Positions 14,925-38,007 of a DNA stretch of 64,000 nucleotides are shown one piece after another (positions within the stretch are counted from its first letter, which is position 1; each line of letters begins with the position of its first letter). The position numbers and the translations under genes are program-made. This DNA comes from the human T2T-CHM13v2.0 reference genome, Homo sapiens. Where the stretch lies: the NCBI RefSeq assembly GCF_009914755.1, contig NC_060941.1, one strand, 5' to 3'. The notes under the pieces were generated by a model. That model was not told where the DNA came from and made no database searches. It was given only the letters and a program-made list of their open reading frames with translations.

Positions 14925-15795
14925 TTTTTTTCAAATCAGATATAATTTACAAACAGTAAAATTCACCTTTGAAAAAAAGGTGGGTGCCGTGGGTCACACC
15001 TGTAATTCCAGCACTTTGGGAGGCCAAGGTGAAAGGATTGCTGGGGCCGGGAGTTTGAGACCAGCTTGGGCAACGTAACAAGACCCTGTCTCTACAAAAA
15101 TAATTTTAAAAATCAGCTGGGTGTGGTAGCTCACACGTGTAGTCCTAGCTACTGGGGAGGCTGAGGCTGGAGGATCACTTGAGTCCAGGAGTTCCAGGCT
15201 GTGTACCACTGCACTCCAGCCTGGGTGATGGAGTGAGACCCAGTCTCTAAATAAATACATAATTATAAAGGTGTACAGTTTTACAAGTTCTGACAAATGT
15301 ACACAGTCATGTATACCTGTCATGCACCACAGTCAAGATACAGAATATTTTCATCACCTCAAAAAATTCCACATGTCCCCTTTGTAATCACCTCTCTCCT
15401 CCAGCCCCAGCCCCTGACAATCCTGTTTTCTGTTCCTATAGTTTGCCTTTTTCAGAATGCCATACAAAGCGTTTTGAGTCTGGCTTCTTTCACTTAGCAT
15501 AATGCTTTAGAGATTCAACCATAATGTCGTGGTTCATTATGGTCGTGGATCAATAGGTTGTTCCTTTCATTGCTGAATAGTATTCCATTGTACGGATATG
15601 CCATCATATGTTCACCAGTTGAGGGACATTTGTTTTGTTTCCAGTTTCTGGCTATTCTGAAAAACCTGCTATAAACATTTGTGTACAGATTTTTATGGAT
15701 ATTGTGCCTCCATTTTCATTTCTCTTGGGTAAATTTCTAGGAGTGGAGTTGCTGGGTCATATGGTAAGGCGGAGGTTTAAATTTATAAGAAACTA
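14925..15795 (-). mobile_element. L1M 3'UTR fragment interrupted by an AluJ (14979-15258, +)
   Basis: tggcttctttcacttagcataatg, ttgctgaatagtattccattgta, ttgctgggtcatatggtaa are typical L1M motifs. Confidence 0.75.
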
Positions 15796-16725
<930 letters not shown>

Positions 16726-16781
16726 GTCATTTGACATGAAGAGTCATTTAATCCTTTTGAGGAGTCATTTTGTTACTTTAA

Positions 16782-17152
<371 letters not shown>

Positions 17153-17661
17153 TAGTTCAAGGCTCCAGTGAGACTATTATGACCTCTCAAAGAGGCTGCT
17201 GAACCAGCATCTAGAAAACTCAAGCCTGAATGGAGACTACAACCTCCTCCTTCTGCCTGAGTATTGAAAGAAAGGCATTTCTTCCAGCTGTGTATGGGAC
17301 TGTCACAATGGGGTCTCCGTCTACCCAGAGTTGCTTTCTTACACACCCTGTGTAGCCAACGGAAGGAGCAAAACATCCGGCAGCTTACTCTGAGGGTCTG
17401 TGCGTCCCACTTCCTTTCCTCCAAGGGGAAATTGCTGCAACAATCACCAGTCACCTCTGTTTGACCAAATTTGAGAAAGAGCGAGGGGCAGCAGGGAATA
17501 GACTGGTGGGACTTTTGAAGAATTCAGGTAATCTGCTGACTGGTGGGTAATGCTTACTTTTCGTTTCTAGGCAATAAATAATGACTTACAAGCAAAAGGC
17601 TACTCCCTAGTTTCAGACACCATCTGGATCCATTTCCCCCAAGGCCTAGTATACAGTGTGA

Positions 17662-18435
<774 letters not shown>

Positions 18436-18610
18436 GGAGTCTATATTTTAACCACCAGATATTCAGCCTCCAACCCAAGCCCCACTATAGCAAAAATCCC
18501 CAGGGAAATAAGTCCAACAAAGGGAAAATGTGAGGACAAAGTGTTTCCAAGATTTCAGAATCTACTTCGAAGATCAATTCATTTTAAGAAGCCATTTATT
18601 TATTCATTTA

Positions 18611-18925
<315 letters not shown>

Positions 18926-18929
18926 CAAA

Positions 18930-19720
18930 AAGCCAAATATTTATGAACATGTACAGATGCTGAGGATACAACAGTCACAACATAACTATGGTTCCTGCCC
19001 TCACAGACCTTATATTCTCTAAGACGGACAGTTTGTAAAGAGAAAATTACAATAAAAAATAATTTGCTTCATCAGAGGGCTGAAGGGGTGGTGTCAGAGG
19101 AATAGGTGCCTATATCTGATTATGAGTGTGAGGAAGAGCTTCCCAGGGGGCATCTTCAGAGCTGAGTCTCAAAGAATTTGTGGGAATCACCAAATGGATA
19201 TGCTGTGTGTGTGTGTATGTGTGTGTAACACGTGTGTGTGCATATGCACAGGGGTTGCACAGAAGAGAAAAGGAAGAGGCATTGTGGGCAGAGGGGACAT
19301 CTGGCCCAGTCCTCAGACCTGAGACTTCAAGTGCATCTGGTATGCCTGGAACACAGAGTTCAAGGGAAACAGCAGAAGAGAGGATCAGGCCACACAGGGA
19401 GGTTGGCGCCAGGTCTTGAAGGGCCTTGTAAGGTGTTTAGGTTTTAACTCATAGGCATCAAGAAGTCATTAAAGAATTTCAAGCTTGTTTCCTTACTTAC
19501 GGGGTGGGGGGAAAGGATTTTCGAGCGGAAGCATGACGTTGTCAGATACACATCACATTTCCACTTGGACAGTTATGGAAGGAAGGACTACAGAGAGGCA
19601 CAGAGGCTGGATGGAGGCGAGAGGTGATTGAGGAGGATGTAGCAATAATGCAGGTGAGAAAAAGTGAAATGCCTAACCAAGGGCAGTGCCCCTGGGGACA
19701 GAGAGGAAGAAACAGATAAG
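18930..19720 (-). mobile_element. Degenerate L2 fragments
   Basis: ggttcctgccctcacagaccttatattct; gggccttgtaagg; gcaataatgcaggtgaga. Confidence 0.5.
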
Positions 19721-19769
19721 GAAGGCAGAGCCATGGGAGTCAAGGGCTGTTTCACCACGAGGTAGTAGC

Positions 19770-19955
19770 TTGGTTACCTCACAGGCTATGGCTCCACCCA
19801 ACACTTCCTAGCAGCGAACTTGATCATGTTGCTTAACTTTAAGTCTCTCCATTAGTAAAATGGTGATAATAATGGCACCTACAGCACAGGGTTGTGGCAA
19901 AAATCAAATGAGATCCGTGTGCTTAGCACAGTGTCTGACACCGGAAGTGCTCAGC
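19770..19955 (+). mobile_element. MIR
   Basis: gtaaaatggtgataataatggcacctac...cttagcacagtgtctgacac. Confidence 0.7.
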
Positions 19956-20239
19956 TACTTTTCTGTTTTTATCCTTTAGTGAGAGGAAGGGAGGGCTGTA
20001 GCCTGGGTCCCAAGTTCCTGGCCTGGGTCATCGCGTGGATGTGCACTAGGTTGAGGGCAGACTCCTGGAGAAGGCTGCAGTACTAAGAACATTGTGAGCT
20101 GATCCTCATGGGCCACGACTAAGATTTGTTGTACTTTTTAGCTATGGAAGTAACGAATGATGCTTCTGAATAGCTCCAGCTTCTCTAGAGGAGGAGGAAG
20201 ACATGGAATAAGTAATCTCTCCCAACAATCCCATCTAAT

Positions 20240-21850
<1,611 letters not shown>

Positions 21851-21851
21851 G

Positions 21852-22169
<318 letters not shown>

Positions 22170-22477
22170 ATAAATATGTTTTTGAATTGATAATTAAATG
22201 ACTGAGTGAAGTAATTACAATAAAGCATATTATCACGCAGTACAGCCACGGCAGCATTTGAGATGGCTGTTCAACTGTGTATTGGAAATATTTCCATCTG
22301 TCTGAGATTTACTTTTTATTTCATTTTAAGTTCTGGAAATATGCTTACCCATATCTGAGATTTAAATTCAATCCTGCCTGATAGTAAAAACTTGGACTAG
22401 ACTTTTCTCAGAATTCTTAGCAATCTGGGATTCTGGGAGCCATGCCTTTTCCCAGGTCCCAAAGTGTTCTCCTTTCA

Positions 22478-22932
<455 letters not shown>

Positions 22933-23029
22933 TTATAGTTGATGTCATAACAAAGACTCCCATTCGTGGAGTACATATGACTTCCATCCATCTTGCATGC
23001 CTCCTAGCTAATTGCTGTGCCAACTCTGC

Positions 23030-23180
23030 GGGAGTAGATGTTATCCTCCTCCTAATCTTGCATGTAAGGAACCTGAGGCCCAGAGAAGCCCTGTGACTTG
23101 CCTAAGGTCACAAAGCTGATAAAGAAGGAGCTAGGATTCATCCCAGGTCTGTTTGGCTGCAATGTCTGGGCTGCTTTCAC
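23030..23180 (-). mobile_element. MIR
   Basis: gaacctgaggcccagaga...tgacttgcctaaggtcaca...ggattcatcccaggtct. Confidence 0.7.
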
Positions 23181-23408
23181 AACAATCTCGGGGCCAACTC
23201 CTTAACTCGGGGCAGATGGCCTGATAGCCACCTAGCTAATGCTAATTTGGGAAAACAGTCCTGAGATAAAGAGTTATAGAAAGCAGATTCTGTAATCAGC
23301 CTGCTGGCCCAGGAGGAATGGCAAGTTTTATCTCCTACAGATCAGAACTATTTGACTTGCAGAGATTCAAGGCCAGGATTGTAGGGTCTCTAGAGAAAAG
23401 TGTTTTCA

Positions 23409-23702
<294 letters not shown>

Positions 23703-23914
23703 TCAAAGACAGTATGTCCATGTCAGATGTCATGCAAGGAAGAGCAATGTCCTCACAGAGAAGAGAACATGCTAGGGGACAGGACAAGGTGCTAGAAAGG
23801 CCCTGGGAAGGAGGAAAGATGGATGCTGAGCATGGGGCAGAAAGGGTAAATGCATCCACAGCAGGAAACTTGGAACGAGGGTTCTGTAGCCCTTGCTCTC
23901 CTTCCAGAATGCTG

Positions 23915-24202
23915 TTTTTTTTGGGAACAGGGTCTCACTCTGTCACTCAGGCCGGAGTGCAGAGATGTGATATCGGCTCACTGCAGCCTCAACCTCCTGC
24001 GCTCAGGTGATCCTCCCTCCTCAGCCTCCGAATAGCTGGGACCACAGGTGCGTGCCACCACTCCAGGCTAATTTTTGTATTTTTTGTAGAGATGGGGTTT
24101 CACCATGTTGCCCAAGCTGGCCTCGACCTCCTGAGCTCAAGCAATGCTCCTGCCTCAGCCTCCCAAAATGTTAGGATTACAGAGGTGAGCCACCATGCCC
24201 AG
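23915..24202 (-). mobile_element. AluJ
   Basis: Reverse Alu; TSD tccagaatgct. Confidence 0.85.
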
Positions 24203-24309
24203 TCTCCAGAATGCTTTTTACTGCACCTCTGGCTGAAGTACCTTTTCATTCTTCTCAGAGCCTTTCACTGAGAGAACTTTTAGCTGAGCAGAAAGAGGAA
24301 ATCCCAAGT

Positions 24310-24964
<655 letters not shown>

Positions 24965-25525
24965 GACAGCGTTCTCATCCCCCTCAACATCTGCCTGTAG
25001 GTAGAACCCAGGTTAGAGTTAACACAAAGGACACAAGGACCACTCTTTTGCCTACTGAGGTGAGGGGAATTCTGGGCTGCCTCTATGGCAATGAGCCCAA
25101 GTCAATTCAGTGCCCGCTCTCTCCTCTGCCACAGAAGCCCCTAGTCAGCTGGGGGCAATGTTGGGTGAGGGGAGGTCATGGGGGGGCTGGCCCCACTTTG
25201 TGCTGCCAGCAGTGCTGGCTGGCTCCCATCAGATATATGTGAGCTCTTGACAAGCAAGAGGGAAGAGAGCTGTGGCAAGAACAAAGTCCGACCCCACCCC
25301 CACCCACCCCAGACTTGCAGGCTGCTGAGGGACGCCAACTGGGACTGGGCTAAAGAGACCATTATTTGTCATCTAATAATCAGGTGTCTGGGGGCAGGTT
25401 ATTTCTCAGCAGGTTGAAAAACAGGGCACCCATGATATTTTGTTTCTCCTTTGGCCTTCCTGATAGCAGGGTTCACCCAAAGGCCTGGCTGACCTGTTTC
25501 TTTTAAGGGGGACCTTGAAATATAG

Positions 25526-25952
<427 letters not shown>

Positions 25953-26612
25953 TAACAGGGAGGATAAATGGAGCCAGGAGACGCCTCACTTTGGCTTCAG
26001 TGGAACCTGTCACGGTCCAGATTGTGCCACTCTTTGGAATTTCTGAATGGTATGAATCCAGAGGAGAGAAACAACGTTCTGTTTGTTCTCATGGGCCCTC
26101 ATACCACAGACGTTTACATCATGGGCCTGCACACTGAGAGGTGCTGGTCATGTTTTCCCACCAGTGTGAGGGGTTTGGATGATCTTGGCTTGTCCTCACA
26201 TTTCCCCATTTTTTATTTTTTGAAAAGAGAAATTAAGACAGTTTATTGATCACTTACTATACTCCAGGCACAGTACTTGGCATACTTTTTAAAGTTGTCT
26301 CATTTCATTTGCATTAAAATCATTTCAGGATATATTATTATCCCTTTTATATACATAAGAAGATGGAGGTTCAGAAAAGTGGAGTAAATTTACTAAGCCC
26401 TCTCAGCTCAGAGGCTAAGTGAGAATTTGAACCCAGGATGTCTGGCTCCTAAACCTGTATGTTTTGCCCATTCAGGGCCCACAAGGGATGGGAAGTCTGG
26501 AACAAATTACCGGGTGGCCTGACTTCATTGCTTCTCAGTATGATCTAATGCTAAAGCACGTTTAGCTTGTTTGCCTTTCCTGGGGAGAAACAGAGAAAGG
26601 GAAGAGGGGTGA

Positions 26613-26992
<380 letters not shown>

Positions 26993-26999
26993 CTGAGCC

Positions 27000-29900
27000 T
27001 CTTTAAGTAGGCCACAGTGTTACTGTCGTGACAGGGAAAAGGTGACACTGGAAGGGGCTAACCCCAGGTTGGCCTAGAACTGGCCGTTCCAGTGAGCTGA
27101 GGGGTCTGCATAATTGGATAAGATAGCCACACTTTTTCAGTCCTGCCCAAGAATATCTGTGAGAATAAAATGAAAGTTAGCCTGTGTCCATGTCTCCTGC
27201 CCTAAACAAAAGGAAGCTCAGTGAGACAGAACCCCCAAAGCAGTGACTTGTCTTGCAGGCCAATTACGTTGTCTCCCCAGCCTCTCTGCAGCTGTTCTGG
27301 CCTCTGCTTTCTGGGATGGAGCCTCTGCTCTGGGGGCCCTCCACAGCCCAGCTCCAGGAAGGTGACTGCTTCCTGGTTTGAGACGTATTATTAAACTGTA
27401 ATCATACTGTGCATGGAGTCAGCCAAAGCAGTGGCTATTAATAGGGAGGTGAAGAATGCTGACTCAGAAGGAAGCTGACTTAGGCTGGAAGGGAGAGCCC
27501 GGCCACCTTGGCCTACAATTCTCAGCAGGAGGTCAGTGAGAGAGACCTGAGCTCACTTCGTTCCTGGGCAGGAGTCAGCATTATCTGGATTTCTCAACTT
27601 TGGAAATAGAAACCCGAAGCAGTCCTGATCAAAGGGATATTGAGCTGTCTTTCCCAGGTCCTTGGGGAGTCTCCGAGCCCGGAGTACTGATAGCTTAAAT
27701 AGCTATGACTCAGCAGAGCAGCAACTCTTCCCTCCCGATGTCATGAGTAGATGAGACTTGGAAAGGGGCACTGGGACTCCATTTCCGTGACCTCCCTCAG
27801 CTGAGAAGCCTGTGCTGAGCCAGCCCTTAGCTGGCCGGACAACCCCCATTGGCAGAGACACCCAATTAGGGAGATTCGGTTTCTGGCTCCTTGGAGGTGA
27901 CCATTTTCATTTCAGGTGAAGGGCCACGGTAAATGAAGGGCAGGGTGCAGGAGGGCCTCACACTGTGGAGAAAGGACATTTTTAGCAATTTCTGTCAATG
28001 CCATGCATTTCTCAGAGAGTTCAGACTTTAGCCGTCTGGTAGACTCCCCATCGTCAGGTAGCTGGAAGTAAGACAGATCCCCGAATCTGGCCCAGGATAT
28101 GACCCGGAGAAACAGGACTGGCCCTGGATGCACAATAGCCCTCACTCTGCAGCAGCCACCAAACAGCCTTCACACGTGCTGCTTCAGCTCGTTCTCACCA
28201 ACCCCAGCAGGTGGGTGGTATCAGCCCTCTTAGCGAGGAAAACAGATTTCAAAAAGGTGAAGTGAGTTGGTCATACAGCTAGCAGGTGACAATGACGAGA
28301 CTAAAACCTCAGTCTGTCTGCCGCCGGAGGAGAAGCCAGGCATGAGCTGCCCTTGTGCCCCTGGCACATGCCCATCTGTGCCACTTCTACCTAGACTCAG
28401 GTGTCCCCGACTTTGTTGCTACCCCAAAGCTCACACTGAGGCCAGGGTAGTGAAGATCTGGTGTGTTGGGTAGGGGGTGCTGAGAGGTTGGGGGAGCGCT
28501 ATGTCATTCTCTCGCCTTTCTATCAGGTGGGTGGGGATGCCGAGGTATGTCTTCTCAAACTGGAAGATTCATTTTGGTTCCTGGATCTCCGTAGAAGGAG
28601 GTTTGGATGGAGGTAGGATGTGGGAGGTGTTTTCTCTTCCTCCCTAAAAATACTTATTAAGCACCTCTTGGTTTCAGCTCTGGGCAGCCTGGGCGCTTTC
28701 AGATTATAGAACAATTTCATGACACCATGGATCTGGTATTTTTCTCTGCTGTTTTTCACATAGTCTTAATATAGTTTTACCTGATAAGAACTATCCACAT
28801 GTGTATATCTTTTTAGAGTTCTAAGATAGCATAATCCACATACTTAGATGTACCTATAAAATATCTTTTTACAGAATAAAGGGCATGCTATTAAGGAATG
28901 ACTTTTCTTCCACTGATTGTCATGTGGATCACTTCCTGAACCTGAAGGAGGTTCTGGAACTCCAGACACCGGGTCCTGAGCTCTAGCAAGTAGCTGAGGG
29001 AAGAATTTTCAGCCCCCAGCTGCCAGGGGTTCTCAACACAGAAGCAGGACCAGACCAAGCTTTTGGGAATTTGTTCATCATTGTACAGCCGTATCACGGC
29101 CTATCCGGAGTGGGAGGGCTGGAGAGTAATTTCCTGACCCTCAGGCTCTGAGCTATTGTTTTGGGGTCTTGCGTACTCTTTTGATCAATTATTTTTTCTG
29201 CCTTTAGCCATAACAAGCAACAGGATGGTGCAGCATCCAGGTTCAGAAAGCTGCCTCCTCTCACTTAGTCAAAGTTAATTAATTCTCACTGTACCTTGAA
29301 CTAGGTCAGCTGCAGGGCTGTGCTGGGCCTGACCTGCTGTCAGGGGAGGGCATTTCTTGTCTGTCTCTTGATGTGCTGTCCTGGGCAGGGAAAGTGGGAA
29401 GGGGGTAGGTTTCACCTTTGCGTGGGATCATCTCTCCCCCTTTCTTCCGGGGAGGTGACCATTTTCAGATCTGTGGGTGGGGAGGAAAATCTTCTCTTCC
29501 AAAAATAATCTCTCTGCAGTGGGGTTTGAAGCTGGACCAAGCTGCTAGCGCTATTTTTACCCAGCTTGCAGTTCAGGGTGTAAATAGCAACTCTGGCTGT
29601 TTTTTCCCACAGCTGACAACAGAGTCAACCTCTTCGAGGCAGGAGCATTCTGGCATTTCGCACAGAGAAAACAGAACACAATTTGCCCTCGGGCCCAGTT
29701 GATGATTCCTGGACCGTGGGGTCGATATCCAGGGCTGGCATCTCCACGGTTCTTTTATCTCAGTCTCCACTATAAACACCAGGCCCCATGAGAGCTGCTG
29801 GGCTGAGGCTCATTTAAAGAAGCTTCCTGCGGAATGATGAGGGAAAAGGCAGGTCCGTAAATCCCCGCCTGCGCCCGCCGAGGATTCCAAGCGCATGAGC

Positions 29901-30990
29901 AGCTCCAGGCTCCAGCTTGCTGTCCCCCTTGCCCTCCTTCTTGCATTAGCAGGCACTTCCTCTAAGGCTGCTGCCCTGGGAGGGTTTCTTGCAAACCCAC
30001 TAGATCTGAGGAAAGACAGAGAAAACATCTACTTAAGGCTGCCCAGATGACAGCATGTGTCTAAAAATATATGTCTCCTAGTTTTCGAGTGATCGAAGGC
30101 CCCACAGCCTTCAGCACTGGAGTCATTTAGAGGTCATGGTGAAAGGACTGGCTCCCTCCTTGCCTCCATTTAAGCAGAAGCTGCGAGAAAGCCCCCAAAG
30201 CCTTGGGTCATGTCTCCAACAGGCTCGGGTGAGTGGGAAGTTCGGCCTCATAGAAGGCCCCTTGCTGGTGCGGTTCATGAGGACGATAAATTAGCAAAGC
30301 TGAGGTGCGCCCATCACGGTGAGCAGTTCTCTATTGCTTCTCTTCTGGGGAATGAACAGGCTTCATTTGCTTTTCCCTGAGGCCAGGTTTCTAACCCAAA
30401 TCTGTCCCTGGAGTCTTTGGCCTGAAATAAGAAAGGAGTCTTGACTCAGCAGGAGAGCCACTCCTCACTATGAATTACACAGCAACTCCTTGTGGATCTG
30501 CCCGTACCCTTCCCCCGGGCACACATCAATCAATCGAAGTATTTCTCAAATATCTACCCCATACCCAGAACTGGGCATTTAGGTACGTGGTTCAAGTTTC
30601 AGATTCTTCCAGCAAATGGTTTGTATGGGGTAAGAAAAAGGATTGGAGGTCAGGTAGGCAGCTGAGTAATCCCCAACTCTGCCTTTTTAAAAGTGGTTTC
30701 AGTTGCGCATCCTTGGAATTGATTCTGGGCAGCTGTTAATTGCAAAACTCACTGCCAATTATCGATAGCTAAAGTGGCATTGGAGAGCTTCTCATGGTAA
30801 AAATAGGGGCAGGTAATAGATGAGAAAATAGCTTTACATTTGAGAAGAGAGGATGGGAACATATTGTCTCAATCTTGCTGTGTTCGAGGTTTCCTTTGTC
30901 AGCCTGGGTTCTCTCCCAAGACTGGCCAGCAAAGTCTACTTAGTGACCTCCAGCAAATAGTCCACCAGCAAGCTACTTAAGATTAGAGCA
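27000..30990. promoter_or_regulatory. Candidate enhancer region (Alu-free, AP-1/ARE motif cluster)
   Basis: TGCTGACTCA 27457-27466, ATGACTCAGCA 27705-27715, TGACTCAGCA 30442-30451; GC-rich box ~29862-29880. Confidence 0.45.
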
Positions 30991-31397
<407 letters not shown>

Positions 31398-32881
31398 TTA
31401 GGAAAATCCATGTTGAATTTTAAATGTATTTTGGCTCATTTGGGGGGTTATGATTGTCCAATTCAGCTGGTAGTTTGTGTATCAAACTTCAAATCGACAA
31501 ACGATGTTTATTCAAGGAAGTTTCTTGAAGCCTAGATGGTACATGTTTACCTTAAAAAGCAAAACCAAAAAATTCCAAAAAACAGAAACAGGAAAAAGTG
31601 CCCTGGTGAGTAAAACCAAAAGCATGTGGCAGACAGACACAATGCAGGCCTGAGTATTTTGAACAATGCTCATGGCCCCAGCCTTGACACTGGGGAAACT
31701 GGGAATGTGGTCGCAGACTTCCTATGTCAAGTGTTTCCCTGGATTTCCTGGAATCCAACTTGAAGTGCCATTTCCCCTGGTGCCACCAAGGAGTTAAGCT
31801 TTGGTTCTGTTCTCCCAGTGACTAAGAATGCTCTGTGTGGCTCTGAGATCATCCAGAAAGAAACTGACAGTCGGCGTGGGAAGAGTGTGAGCTTTCAGTG
31901 CTCTTGAAATGCCTTTGATGGGCATGGTGAGAGAGCAAAAGGCTTATTGCCACCTAGTGCCCCTGATTGTGTAATTTCGTCGTGAATTCTTGTTTCTTCT
32001 TTTGAATTTTGCATAATTTTAAATGAAGATCTCTAACTCCTTGGGGAGCTTGATATTGTGATGTGTGAGTTATTCTATGGAGCTATTCTATGTGAGCTAT
32101 TCTATATTTTAGACAGCAAACGTATCCCACCACTTGGAAATATCACCCATTTTGATTGAAAACAAAGTAGAATCAATGACCTGACCAAATCACACGTGTG
32201 TGTGTGAGGGAGACTGGGTCTTTCCACTCCTGATGTTTTCTTTCTTCTGAAAGGAGTCCAAACACTCCTTGCTTCTCTCCACCCGCCCCCTCTTCCCTGA
32301 GAAGGAGGAGTGGTTTAATATGACTGGTGAGTTTGGAAGGAGGAACTGTGCCTTATATCATCCTCTCTTTTCTTCTTGGGAGCAAGCTTCGCTCCCATGG
32401 GGTGGGAAGAGTAGGCCCATTCCAGCTCAGCTGCCTGTCATCGAGCCGCCAAGTCTGCCTAACTCTGAAGTTGAGTATCGGGAAGCTCGATTGTCTGATG
32501 ATATAAGCCACGTTCTCTAATATCAGCTTTATCAGTAGAAAAGGTTATTTTTGGTCCTCATCTAGCTTGCTGCTATCTTCTGATTCAATTCAAAATTCAC
32601 AGAGAAGGGAGCAGACTGCTATTTTGGGGCCTCCTCAAAGACCCCAACATATTTACTGGAAGATTTCCTGTGATTAGAAAAATCCCAGTGTTGGGGTAAG
32701 GTCCAACTTATAGATCCACATCATCACTTTCTTATATAACACCAGATTCCTTAGCTGTCAGCTGAGTAAAAGAGAGTTTATGGGTGTTCCTTGCAGCTAA
32801 AATGCATCCATTCAAAAGTTATTTATTGAATCCTTACCACGTGCCAGGGGACACATAAGTGATCAAGAGAAACAGTCTTGG

Positions 32882-33190
<309 letters not shown>

Positions 33191-33244
33191 AGAGAGAGAC
33201 ACAGTCTCTGCTGTCACACAGTTTATAATTTAACTAGGGTGTAT

Positions 33245-33640
33245 CAATTTAAAAGTTTAATGTTTCAAGTGAAAGAAAACAATCTCAAATAGGCTTGAGT
33301 AATACAGGAATTTATTGTCTCACTGGAGATCCAGGCACAATTTGATCCAAGATTCAAACAGCATGGATCCATTTCTTGGCTCTGCTTCCTTTGAGTTGGA
33401 TTCATTCTTTAGCCACCACATGTTGGAACCCCTCTCTCCTGGCAGCTTCAAGTTTTCCACGACGGCTGCAGCAGATCTAAGACATACCATTTACCAGGCT
33501 GACAAGAGTCCAAGTTCCAGCAATCCCTGGAGGTCCATCCTGAGAAGGCCATCTCAGGTTATAGACCAGCATAAATCGGGAGCTCACAGGACAGAAGACA
33601 CTGATTGGCTCACGCCCAGTGGGGCCCACCCCCTGATATG
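33245..33640 (-). mobile_element. Old MaLR LTR (MLT1-like) fragment
   Basis: caagtgaaagaaaac...ggcttgagtaatacaggaatttattg...ctctgcttcc...ttcattct resembles the MLT1K/L end. Confidence 0.45.
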
Positions 33641-33993
33641 GGAAAGTTGGGCCCTTTCCACTTCCAGAAATTTGGGCACCTATTTGGAAGGGAGAAAGGG
33701 CCACAACTAATAACTGTTTATGATAGAAGGAAAAACAATAAATATGCTTATACTTCTGCTCTGAGGGAATCATTCAGCCTGCAGAAAATGGAGACATCTC
33801 ATTACTACCTGGCGAGTCAAACACAGGCCTGGGGATCCAGAGATGTATTTGGATTCCAAATTCTGTGTGGGCCCCTATACACAGCTGACCCTTGGGGACA
33901 CTGTAAAGGTTGATGCATGATAGACTTTGCTCCTTGATCTGGCCCTTCAGTAGTTACCCTTGGACTGTATTCTGCTGTGTGATAGCTTTTCCC

Positions 33994-34943
<950 letters not shown>

Positions 34944-35464
34944 CTTGGCCAGTTCTTAAGAGGCACGAGTACTTGCTGAACAACTTAAAGTGCCAGTGGT
35001 GCCTGAGCAATCCTTTATTTCTTCATTCAGCAAACACTTTTTAGGTATCTTCTATACAAGAAGCTATAATAAAAACACACAATCAGTTTATGAGGCAGGC
35101 ACTTAAATCCTTTTTAGAATAAAGAAGGGACCTCCCTTTATAAATAGGTAAATGATTATAAAAATTATATGCAAAGCTAAAATGAACTAAAGATCTACTA
35201 TTACACAGGAGACAGAAAAGAGAAAACTAGTTTCAGTATTTGGGTGGAGGCTGGAGAAGAAGTGGGCTATATCTGGGATGGAATGAACCGACTTTGTGTT
35301 AAGTCATAAACAAATATATAGGGCTAAGTGGAGAGATGGCAATCAATTATACAAAGTCTTTTTTGGTTGCTCAAAGAAATGTGACCCAGTCCTCTGAACG
35401 CCCTACAGCAGCAGTTTATTTGCACCTTGCCTACTGCTCTTATTCTAACTTGTATCACAGTCGG

Positions 35465-37180
<1,716 letters not shown>

Positions 37181-37419
37181 ATTCTAGTGTAGCATTTGTG
37201 ACATTTCCCCATTAAAGAGCAAAGCCTGTGACAGTAGGAACTCCTGGCACAGTACTTTGTATAAAGCAGGCAGTATCTGTGCCAGGATCTATAGATAGAC
37301 ATATAGATGTACCAATTTGGAGACTGCTAGTAACTGCTAGATGCCCAGAGACCTCAAATCTGGAAACACTGCAATTTTAAAGTGTTATTTAAAGGTCAAA
37401 TTAGCAATAAAAACAGTAC

Positions 37420-37740
<321 letters not shown>

Positions 37741-38007
37741 AAAAACAGTACAATATTAAAAGAGATTCTAGCTTTCCTCAAATTCCATTAAAAATTATTA
37801 CTACCACCTTGTGTATTTCTTCGTATTTGGTCTTCAGGAGAAGATACATGGTCAGCAATATAAAATGAGGAAGCTGGGGCAATATAATTTATCAGAACAG
37901 AGGAGTTCAGTTGCAGTTGCTGGAACACAGAAATTGGTGTCAATGTGTTTGGCCTTTACAAAAGTCATTCTGAGGGCAACATCATGGTGTTTTAGGAACT
38001 AAGCAAT

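Noticed and set aside
17521-17580. Donor-like CAG/GTAAT followed by acceptor-like TTTCTAG and AATAAA
   Set aside because: The ~43 nt spacing is too short for an intron and there is no other exon support.
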